Below are positions 37,394-47,155 of a DNA stretch of 64,000 nt, piece after piece. This stretch comes from Asterias rubens. Its lineage: Eukaryota. Below the pieces are notes generated by a model. It did not search any database. It was not told the DNA's origin and was given only the letters and a program-made list of their open reading frames with translations. The stretch spans positions 2,418,001 through 2,482,000 of the forward strand of contig NC_047064.1 of NCBI RefSeq assembly GCF_902459465.1, given 5' to 3'. Made by a program: the position numbers and the translations under genes. The stretch's first letter is position 1. Every line of letters starts with the position of its first letter.

Positions 37394-37981
37394 ATGAATT
37401 CCAGTGCGTCTGTCTTCCTTCAAGAAAATGAGCTGGCTATCGAGATGCTCATCAACGAGCCAAGAGAGTTCGATCGCTTCCACGACTACTTCGGTCTTGC
37501 CCGCCTCGTCACTCCAGCTACTCCCGTCTCCAAGCCATTCGTCACTCAAGCTGCTCCCGTCTCCGAGCCACACTTACTCCTGGAACATGGTCAAGAAATG
37601 AAGCAAGATCAAGAATTCACGAAAGACACCGGGTTCCGTCCCTTTACCATCGACGAGCTGTCCCGAGAAAACCGTCCACAGCAAGCAAACCGCTGGGTGG
37701 TTCCCAAGCCGACATGGTGCGTCTTCTGCAAGAATAACGGCGAGAGCGAAGAGGTGTACACATCCCATGTACTAAAGAACAGCCTTGACGTGGTTGCCTG
37801 TCCCAGGCTACGAGCTTACACCTGTCCACTGTGTGGTGTCAACGGAGACACCGCACACACCGTCAAGTATTGCCCATCCAACCTCGGCAGCCTTCATCCA
37901 GCTCCGGTCAAGATTCAACCTCTTGGGGTGTACTTGAGCAGCAAGTTCATCCCCTCTGCAGGAACCAGAATTTCCGTCTGA
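37394..37981 (+). CDS. nanos: Nanos homolog copy A (195 aa, intronless)
   Basis: NOT1-interacting motif-like FDRFHDYFGLARLV and two CCHC fingers CVFCKNNGE..YTSHVLK..CPRLRAYTCPLCG..AHTVKYCP. Confidence 0.96.
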   Translation: MNSSASVFLQENELAIEMLINEPREFDRFHDYFGLARLVTPATPVSKPFVTQAAPVSEPHLLLEHGQEMKQDQEFTKDTGFRPFTIDELSRENRPQQANRWVVPKPTWCVFCKNNGESEEVYTSHVLKNSLDVVACPRLRAYTCPLCGVNGDTAHTVKYCPSNLGSLHPAPVKIQPLGVYLSSKFIPSAGTRISV

Positions 37982-38006
37982 CTCCAAGATGAACATCGTT
38001 TACACC

Positions 38007-38043
38007 GGCTCTTCTCAGAGCCAACACATATTCAAAAAAGAGA
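38007..38043 (+). other. Histone-mRNA-type 3' processing signal (16-nt stem-loop + HDE-like element) in nanos A 3'UTR
   Basis: ACACC-GGCTCT-TCTC-AGAGCC-AACACA..AAAAAAGAGA; stem 38007-38022, 25 nt after the stop; AAAGAGA at 38037-38043. Confidence 0.78.
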
Positions 38044-38765
38044 TTTGTCATGTCTGTCTAAATAAATTTTACAATAAATAGATTATAAGGATCATACCAT
38101 TAAAATAATTAAATGCTTTAACTTTACATCGGGGATGGACTACAGCCAAGACACATAACATAATATTTATTATTACATTATGAAAAAAAATAATGCCGGG
38201 TATAGTAAACTCTGGGCTGCTTTCAATCAGTAAATGTGTGAGAGGGGTTGGCCTTTGAGGGCGGGGGTTACAAAAAGCAACATTAGAGCAAACAAGGGAC
38301 ACAATAGTTTGGGGAACATCATGAATTTAGCAGGATGTACCGTAAGTTTTTTCTTCAATTTTCTTACACCCCATTCTTTGATCTATTTTGGGGGGAAACT
38401 TGCAGGACCCCCGCTATTCCCACAAAAAAAAATTGCATTGACACAATTTTTACATCATTAACTTTTTTTTCTTCCAACCTGTTTAACCATGGTTTAACAC
38501 GCTGCATATTTTGGACGATTGCATCCATTGTTATGCCGGGTGAGTTCTCTTCGGGGCATTTCCCTTTCATGATGTCCCCAACCTATTCAAGCCTTGACTT
38601 CGTATCGTGCCGTCTTCTCGTAATTTGATAAAAACGAGATAACAAACAACATTTCCATTTGTTGCATATTGCTTATTACTGGTATTCAGCTGTTGTTATT
38701 TAAAAGCAATGATCAATGCAAGTTTTTATTCGAAAGCGTAAATAAATGACTGAGCAGCGGCAGAA

Positions 38766-39269
38766 TTTAAAGGCAGTGAACACTATTGGTAAGTGCCAAA
38801 GACAAGCCTTCACAGTTGGTTTATCTCAACATATATGCATATAAATAACAAACCTGTGAAAATTTGAGCTCAATCGGTCATCAAAGTTGCGAGATAATAA
38901 TGAAAGAAGTTGTCACACGAAGTTGTGTGCGTTTAGTTCTAAACTTGAGGTCTCGAAATCAAATTCGTGGAAAATTACTTCTTTCTCGAAAACTATGGCA
39001 CTTCAGGGGGAGCCGTTTCTCACAATGTTTTATACTGATTTTTGGGGTTGAACAAAGAATTGACTAGAGTGGGATTCGAACCAACGACCTCCGGATTAAC
39101 GTGCCGGCGCTCTACCAACTGAGCTATCTAGCCCTATATTGGCGGTGTCCCTATTTTGTCAATATCTTTGTTCGGGGTGCCATACTATACTGTCAACCTC
39201 TCCCCATTACTCGTCACCAAGAAAGGTTTTATGCCAATAATTATTACCAATAGTGTCCACTGCCTTTAA
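38766..39269. mobile_element. MITE family A copy with nested tRNA-like SINE (about 39046-39185)
   Basis: MITE body interrupted after tatact and resumes after tatactatactg; duplicated at 43785-44287. Confidence 0.85.
39046..39185 (-). mobile_element. tRNA-derived SINE-like repeat (cloverleaf head 39133-39061)
   Basis: A-box TAGCTCAGTTGGTAGAGC and B-box GGTTCGAATCC, with a shared non-tRNA tail. Other copies at about 5075-5390, 34700-34800, 36525-36640, 42885-43055 and 44064-44203. Confidence 0.8.
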
Positions 39270-39443
39270 GTGCATGTAAACCCTTCTTGTTTTACAATTA
39301 GTTCCCTTTATATTGACAGTTCAATTGAAATAATTCATCTCAAAATACTTTTACGATAATGATTCAGACTAATTTCCCGTCCACACTCTAAACAAACTCG
39401 CAAAATTTATAAACAAACCGACGAACAAGATTCCTACGTCTGT

Positions 39444-39606
39444 GCAAAGTAATGGTTGACGTAGGCACATTTGCTACATAAATGTTTTCGGTTGCAATTT
39501 TGTCCAGATCAAAACTTTGCGAGCGAAAGTTACAAAGTAATGGTTGACGTAGACATAAATGTTTTCGGTTGCAATTTTGTCCAGATCAAAACTTTGCGAG
39601 CGAAGG
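39444..39606. repeat. Short direct duplication (about 70-80 bp)
   Basis: aaagtaatggttgacgtag..cataaatgttttcggttgcaattttgtccagatcaaaactttgcgagcgaa occurs twice; repeated in the second 5-kb unit. Confidence 0.85.
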
Positions 39607-39643
39607 TTAAATCACAGGAGGGCGGTATTCCGAGAAAGACCGT

Positions 39644-39795
39644 GGGTGCGTTCGTTTAGCTTCCCTGGGTCATCCCCTGTGTGTGACGGTTTTTTTTTCC
39701 AGGACAAACGTGGGTAATTATCTGCACACGTTCGTCCTGGAAAAACAAGTCGTCACACAACGGGGTCGACCCAGGGAAGCTAAACGAACGCACCC
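39644..39795. mobile_element. Small palindromic MITE (TIR GGGTGCGTTCGTTTAGCTTCCCTGGG)
   Basis: Long inverted repeats; duplicate at 44662-44813 and a partial copy at 1-107. Confidence 0.8.
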
Positions 39796-40708
39796 TGGCT
39801 TTATGGAACCAAGTCTTTAAAATTACAGACAAAGTTACATGAAACCCCGGTTTAATAAAAGACTTCGCACGACTTCCACTGGGCTCCTTATTCATAATTA
39901 ATTTCAAGTAGCCTATGTTAATATAACCGGCAATGTGGGAGGGGGTTGGCATTTGGGAAGACGGGAAATTACAAACATTTAAAATTAGAGCAAACAATAA
40001 ACCCTCTAGCTTGGGTGGATAATAAGGGAAAAGCATAATATTGGGACGCGTTCACCGTAACTTTTTTCTTCAATTTTCATCCGTACCCCAAAGGTTTTTA
40101 CATACAATTCCCCCCCCCTCCGGGAAATTTGCATTTCGAAGACCTCCCCCACCTCTCGCTATTCCCACGTACATTGCATTGAAAACACAGAATTAACTTT
40201 TTTGCAACCTGATTTCCCTGTCCTTACTCTATGATTTCAGGAACTGGACACAATTGGTAGTTACTCAAAAAATTGTTAGCATAAAAACTTAATTGTTATT
40301 GATAAATGGAGAGCTGTTGATAAAATAAAACATTGTAAGAAACGGCTCCCTCTGAAGTATCGTAGTTTTCGAAAAAGAGTAACTTTCCACTAAAATAATT
40401 TGTTTATTTGATCTCGAGACCTCAGACCATGGAGCAATTGCTCCATGCTCAGACCCACCCGTACGACTGCCGATCCATCTGAATAAGAAGAAGGACTAAC
40501 GACACCTTTTTTTTTTTTTTAATCATTGTCGGTCGTATTCTATGTGACCCACAAGTTAGAAAGGGGTAGCCAATGGTAACTTAAAAGTGGTGCGTTTATA
40601 AGTTTTGCTCGTCAGAACTGTTTTGAAATCACACTAACTTATATTATTTGTATTCTTTAAAATCGTTATTTGCTTTATTATTTTAAATAATTAGGCAGAC
40701 ATGGCAGA

Positions 40709-40745
40709 TCTCTTTTTGGAATATGTGTTGGCTCTGATAAGAGCC
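40709..40745 (-). other. Histone-mRNA-type stem-loop + HDE-like element in nanos B 3'UTR
   Basis: Minus strand AAACC-GGCTCT-TATC-AGAGCC-AACACA..AAAAAGAGA; stem 40745-40730, 25 nt after the stop. Confidence 0.72.
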
Positions 40746-40770
40746 GGTTTGAACGCTGGTCATCTTGGAG

Positions 40771-41349
40771 TCAGACGGAAATTCTTATTCCTGTAGATGA
40801 GATGAATTTGTTGTTCAAGTAGACCCGAAGAGGTTGAATCTTGACCGGAGCTGGATGAAGGCTGCCGAGGTTGGACGGGCAATACTTGATGGTGTGTGCG
40901 GTGTCTCCGTTGACACCACACAGTGGACAGGTGTAAGCTCGTAGCCTGGGACAGGCAACCTTGTCAAGGCTGTTCTTCAGTACATGGGATGTATACATCT
41001 CTTCGCTCTCGCCGTTATTCTTGCAGAAGACGCACCATGTCGGCTTGGAAACCACCCAGCGGTTTGCTCGCTGTGGGCGGCTCTCTCGGGACAGCTCATC
41101 GATGGTGAAGGGACGGAATCCGGTGTCTGTACTACTGTCTTGATCTTGCTTCATATCTTGACCATCTTTCGGGACGAAGTGTGGCTCGGAGACGGGAGCA
41201 GCTTGTGTGACGAATGGCTCGGAGACGGGAGTGACGAGGCGGGCAAGACCGAAGTAGTCGTGGAAGCGATCGAACTCTCTTGGCTCGTTGATGAGCATCT
41301 CGATGGCCAACTCATTTTCTTGAAGGAAGACAGACCCGCTGGAATTCAT
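40771..41349 (-). CDS. nanos: Nanos homolog copy B (192 aa, intronless)
   Basis: Same NIM and CCHC fingers; about 24 substitutions plus a 3-aa indel versus copy A by manual alignment. Confidence 0.96.
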   Translation of the reverse strand: MNSSGSVFLQENELAIEMLINEPREFDRFHDYFGLARLVTPVSEPFVTQAAPVSEPHFVPKDGQDMKQDQDSSTDTGFRPFTIDELSRESRPQRANRWVVSKPTWCVFCKNNGESEEMYTSHVLKNSLDKVACPRLRAYTCPLCGVNGDTAHTIKYCPSNLGSLHPAPVKIQPLRVYLNNKFISSTGIRISV

Positions 41350-42129
41350 CTTGCATATAAATTTTAGCTTAAGACTGAGAGATGACTTGATGTGAACTGA
41401 TTGCGGGGCAAATCAAATGTGATGACCACTCACTAAACGGCCACACATTTTTATCCATAACGTCTTGGTTCGGGTTGGTGTTTGAAGACAATAGGGACTC
41501 CTCGATGGCGGTGAGATAAGACAGTCTCACCTTCTTATTGATACCATTGATCCCTGGCCGCAGTCAATGCATGATTGCTCCCGATGGGGGCTTGGTTGGA
41601 ACACGGTCGGAACTACTGAGGCGCATGGCTGAATGGGATGGTAATGACCAAAGCCCACAACCTGCCACGAGCCAGTGATTCCAAGAAGTGGCTATAGTTA
41701 GGACTTCTTCAAAGACGAGCCGGCAAACTTGTTAACCAACAAAAGGGAGTAATAAAGCAATCTTGGATATGAAAGACTAAATCAATGACATGATTGGGTC
41801 TTAACTCATCTGAAAAAAACCCCAATAGGCCTACATCAAAGATTGTTATCAAGCCTACTTCGACTATCTTTGCGCAGGAGATGATCAGCGGACTTGAAAC
41901 GGGCGGGAACTCCTTCCCGTTTTTGTGGCGAAAATCCCCTAAATACGAAATATTTATGTACGGAATAACTTACCGTTTGGTATTATAAAGTGAACTAACT
42001 GGTTAAAGTAAGCTACCATAGACTCAGAAAAATGTGAGCGTTCTTTTTGCATTGTCAATCGGTATTGACACAATATCTTTGTTCGGGGTGCCAGTCAGAA
42101 GCCATACAACCGTTAACTGCCGTTTTTTT

Positions 42130-42885
42130 GTTCTTAATCTGAAGCCAAGGACTCACTTAACGGTAGATCATTTCAAACAAGTTGGTTGGCTCCCAGTCCA
42201 GAACCGGATTGATCAATTGAAACTATGTAGTATATTTCGTATCTTGACTTCCTTGGCTCCGGATTATTTTAAAGATTTTTTTCAACTGACAAGTAGTACT
42301 CGCTTCTATAACACCCGATCAAATCACTTTTCTTTTGATATTCCCCATCATCACAGTTATGGTCAACACTCCTTCCGAGTTTCTGGGGCAAAGTTATGGA
42401 ATAAACTTCCCATCATGCTCCGGAACACAAATTCATCCCTAGCCAAATTTAAAAAAACTCTCAAACTGCATTACTTTGATAAGTTGCAGCTCCAGGAGGA
42501 TGCATTGTTTGTAGTCGGTTAATTTATTCTTTTTTTTCATTAGAACAGTACTCGTGGTGACACAGTGGCCGGGCCAGGTGACACGAATCAATTTGTTTGT
42601 TGTTGGGTGTCTTGGTCGCCTATTCCATTTGTTTTATTTCATGTGCAATTTTCTAGTCATAGTTTTATACTTGTATTTTAATGTGTCTTCAGTGTTTCTG
42701 CATTTTTATTTTGTATAGAGGACCACAATGGAAATAAGCTTATTTCAGCTTTTTTGTGTTATCCTCGACAATTCCTCAGATTCAAATGTCTTTTCCCTTG
42801 TATTTTTTATCTGTTTTTGTCCAATTGTTGTATTTTAAAGAATTCTGTGGAGATTGTCTAATAAACAAACAAACAAACAAAGCCA
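42130..42885 (+). mobile_element. LINE (L2/Crack-like) 3' fragment with (ACAA)n tail
   Basis: GWLPVQNRIDQLKL..SFRVSGAKLWNKLP..FKKTLK, then a 3'UTR ending aataaacaaacaaacaaac; duplicated at about 47156-47911. Confidence 0.8.
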
Positions 42886-45730
42886 GGGATCACACCCAAA
42901 TTACGATACAACCTGGGAAGCGGCAGCCAGGGGATCACCTTAAGGGGATGCGACTTTTTGTTTCAGATATCAATGTAAACCACAAGGGAAACTGACTGGG
43001 TAAATTTTGAAATGATTTTTGGGGTTGAACAAAGAATTGACTAGAGTGGGATTCACACTATGGAGCTGGTCACATAAATCTTATTTTCAATGTTTAAAGC
43101 ATGTTTAAACATGGAAGAAGGACGGTGTGGGTCTAACTTTTTTTGACACAACGAGTGACGTTACGAAACTTTTGGCACAACCCTCATAGATAAATGGTCA
43201 ACAGATGGCGCACTTGTTTTTCGTTCGGATATGATTCAAAGGATTTTTAATTGAGTGTTTTGAAGTGTCGTTTCGCTAGATACTGATGTACATGTATAAC
43301 TATTGTAAAACAAAACAAGAAAAACTAAATTAAAGTCAATTGAACTACTTACGACGGAATTGTGGACAAGCATTACTTTTCTTACACCCCATTCTTTGAT
43401 CTATTTTGGGGGGAAACTTGCAGGACCCCCGCTATTCCCACAAAAAAAAATTGCATTGACACAATTTTTACATCATTAACTTTTTTTTCTTCCAACCTGT
43501 TTAACCATGGTTTAACACGCTGCATATTTTGGACGATTGCATCCATTGTTATGCCGGGTGAGTTCTCTTCGGGGCATTTCCCTTTCATGATGTCCCCAAC
43601 CTATTCAAGCCTTGACTTCGTATCGTGCCGTCTTCTCGTAATTTGATAAAAACGAGATAACAAACAACATTTCCATTTGTTGCATATTGCTTATTACTGG
43701 TATTCAGCTGTTGTTATTTAAAAGCAATGATCAATGCAAGTTTTTATTCGAAAGCGTAAATAAATGACTGAGCAGCGGCAGAATTTAAAGGCAGTGAACA
43801 CTATTGGTAAGTGCCAAAGACAAGCCTTCACAGTTGGTTTATCTCAACATATATGCATATAAATAACAAACCTGTGAAAATTTGAGCTCAATCGGTCATC
43901 AAAGTTGCGAGATAATAATGAAAGAAGTTGTCACACGAAGTTGTGTGCGTTTAGTTCTAAACTTGAGGTCTCGAAATCAAATTCGTGGAAAATTACTTCT
44001 TTCTCGAAAACTATGGCACTTCAGGGGGAGCCGTTTCTCACAATGTTTTATACTGATTTTTGGGGTTGAACAAAGAATTGACTAGAGTGGGATTCGAACC
44101 AACGACCTCCGGATTAACGTGCCGGCGCTCTACCAACTGAGCTATCTAGCCCTATATTGGCGGTGTCCCTATTTTGTCAATATCTTTGTTCGGGGTGCCA
44201 TACTATACTGTCAACCTCTCCCCATTACTCGTCACCAAGAAAGGTTTTATGCCAATAATTATTACCAATAGTGTCCACTGCCTTTAAGTGCATGTAAACC
44301 CTTCTTGTTTTACAATTAGTTCCCTTTATATTGACAGTTCAATTGAAATAATTCATCTCAAAATACTTTTACGATAATGATTCAGACTAATTTCCCGTCC
44401 ACACTCTAAACAAACTCGCAAAATTTATAAACAAACCGACGAACAAGATTCCTACGTCTGTGCAAAGTAATGGTTGACGTAGGCACATTTGCTACATAAA
44501 TGTTTTCGGTTGCAATTTTGTCCAGATCAAAACTTTGCGAGCGAAAGTTACAAAGTAATGGTTGACGTAGACATAAATGTTTTCGGTTGCAATTTTGTCC
44601 AGATCAAAACTTTGCGAGCGAAGGTTAAATCACAGGAGGGCGGTATTCCGAGAAAGACCGTGGGTGCGTTCGTTTAGCTTCCCTGGGTCATCCCCTGTGT
44701 GTGACGGTTTTTTTTTCCAGGACAAACGTGGGTAATTATCTGCACACGTTCGTCCTGGAAAAACAAGTCGTCACACAACGGGGTCGACCCAGGGAAGCTA
44801 AACGAACGCACCCTGGCTTTATGGAACCAAGTCTTTAAAATTACAGACAAAGTTACATGAAACCCCGGTTTAATAAAAGACTTCGCACGACTTCCACTGG
44901 GCTCCTTATTCATAATTAATTTCAAGTAGCCTATGTTAATATAACCGGCAATGTGGGAGGGGGTTGGCATTTGGGAAGACGGGAAATTACAAACATTTAA
45001 AATTAGAGCAAACAATAAACCCTCTAGCTTGGGTGGATAATAAGGGAAAAGCATAATATTGGGACGCGTTCACCGTAACTTTTTTCTTCAATTTTCATCC
45101 GTACCCCAAAGGTTTTTACATACAATTCCCCCCCCCCTCCGGGAAATTTGCATTTCGAAGACCTCCCCCACCTCTCGCTATTCCCACGTACATTGCATTG
45201 AAAACACAGAATTAACTTTTTTGCAACCTGATTTCCCTGTCCTTACTCTATGATTTCAGGAACTGGACACAATTGGTAGTTACTCAAAAAATTGTTAGCA
45301 TAAAAACTTAATTGTTATTGATAAATGGAGAGCTGTTGATAAAATAAAACATTGTAAGAAACGGCTCCCTCTGAAGTATCGTAGTTTTCGAAAAAGAGTA
45401 ACTTTCCACTAAAATAATTTGTTTATTTGATCTCGAGACCTCAGACCATGGAGCAATTGCTCCATGCTCAGACCCACCCGTACGACTGCCGATCCATCTG
45501 AATAAGAAGAAGGACTAACGACACCTTTTTTTTTTTTTTTTTAATTATTGTCGGACGTATTCTATGTGACCCACAAGTTAGAAAGGGGTAGCCAATGGTA
45601 ACTTAAAAGTGGTGCGTTTATAAGTTTTGCTCGTCAGAACTGTTTTGAAATCACACTAACTTATATTATTTGTATTCTTTAAAATCGTTATTTGCTTTAT
45701 TATTTTAAATAATTAGGCAGACATGGCAGG

Positions 45731-45767
45731 TCTCTTTTTGGAATATGTGTTGGCTCTGATAAGAGCC
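45731..45767 (-). other. Histone-mRNA-type stem-loop + HDE-like element in nanos C 3'UTR
   Basis: Same as B; stem 45767-45752, purine element 45737-45731. Confidence 0.72.
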
Positions 45768-45792
45768 GGTTTGAACGCTGGTCATCTTGGAG

Positions 45793-46371
45793 TCAGACGG
45801 AAATTCTTATTCCTGTAGATGAGATGAATTTGTTGTTCAAGTAGACCCGAAGAGGTTGAATCTTGACCGGAGCTGGATGAAGGCTGCCGAGGTTGGACGG
45901 GCAATACTTGATGGTGTGTGCGGTGTCTCCGTTGACACCACACAGTGGACAGGTGTAAGCTCGTAGCCTGGGACAGGCAACCTTGTCAAGGCTGTTCTTC
46001 AGTACATGGGATGTATACATCTCTTCGCTCTCGCCGTTATTCTTGCAGAAGACGCACCATGTCGGCTTGGAAACCACCCAGCGGTTTGCTCGCTGTGGGC
46101 GGCTCTCTCGGGACAGCTCATCGATGGTGAAGGGACGGAATCCGGTGTCTGTACTACTGTCTTGATCTTGCTTCATATCTTGACCATCTTTCGGGACGAA
46201 GTGTGGCTCGGAGACGGGAGCAGCTTGTGTGATGAATGGCTCGGAGACGGGAGTGACGAGGCGGGCAAGACCGAAGTAGTCGTGGAAGCGATCGAACTCT
46301 CTTGGCTCGTTGATGAGCATCTCGATGGCCAACTCATTTTCTTGAAGGAAGACAGACCCGCTGGAATTCAT
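45793..46371 (-). CDS. nanos: Nanos homolog copy C (192 aa, intronless)
   Basis: Identical to B except one V/I change (PFVTQ/PFITQ). Confidence 0.94.
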   Translation of the reverse strand: MNSSGSVFLQENELAIEMLINEPREFDRFHDYFGLARLVTPVSEPFITQAAPVSEPHFVPKDGQDMKQDQDSSTDTGFRPFTIDELSRESRPQRANRWVVSKPTWCVFCKNNGESEEMYTSHVLKNSLDKVACPRLRAYTCPLCGVNGDTAHTIKYCPSNLGSLHPAPVKIQPLRVYLNNKFISSTGIRISV

Positions 46372-47155
46372 CTTGCAAATAAATTTTAGCTTAAGACTTA
46401 GAGATGACTTGATGTGAACTGATTGCGGGGCAAATCAAATGTGATGACCACTTACTAAACGGCCATACTTTTTATCCATAACGTCTTGGTTCGGGTTGGT
46501 TTTTGAAGACAATAGGGACTCCTCGATGGCGGTGAGATAAGAAAGTCTCACCTTCTTATTGATACCATTGATCCCTCGCCGCACTCTATGCATGATTGCT
46601 CCCGATGGGGGCTTGGTCGGAACACGGTCGGAACTACTGAGGCGCATGGCTGAATGGGACGGTAATGACCAAAGCCCACAACCTGTCACGAGCCAGTGAT
46701 TCCAAGCAGTGGCTATAGTTAGGACTTCTTCAAACACGAGCCGGCAAACTTGTTAACCAACAAAAGGGAGTAATAAAGCAATCTTGGATATGGAAAGACT
46801 AAATCAATGACATGATTGGGTCTTAACTCATCTGAAAAAAAAAAAACCCAATAGGCCTACATCAAAGATTGTTATCAAGCCTACTTCGACTATCTTTGCG
46901 CAGGAGATGATCAGCGGACTTGAAACGGGCGGGAACTCCTTCCCGTTTTTGTGGCGAAAATCCCCTAAATACGAAATAATTATGTACGGAATAACTTACC
47001 GTTTGGTATTATAAAGTGAACTAACTGGTTAAAGTAAGCTACCATAGACTCAGAAAAATGTGAGCGTTCTTTTTGCATTGTCAATCGGTATTGACACAAT
47101 ATCTTTGTTCGGGGTGCCAGTCAGAAGCCATACAACCGTTAACTGCCGTTTTTTT

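Noticed and set aside
39061-39133. tRNA-Asn(GTT)-like cloverleaf (also 44079-44151 and about 36535-36605)
   Set aside because: It has C instead of U at position 33 and mismatches in the anticodon and T stems. It shares a non-tRNA leader and tail with several dispersed degenerate copies and is nested in a MITE, so it is a SINE-like repeat.
40923-41367. Plus-strand ORFs overlapping nanos B (and equivalents at A and C)
   Set aside because: They are antisense frames of the GC-richer nanos CDS.
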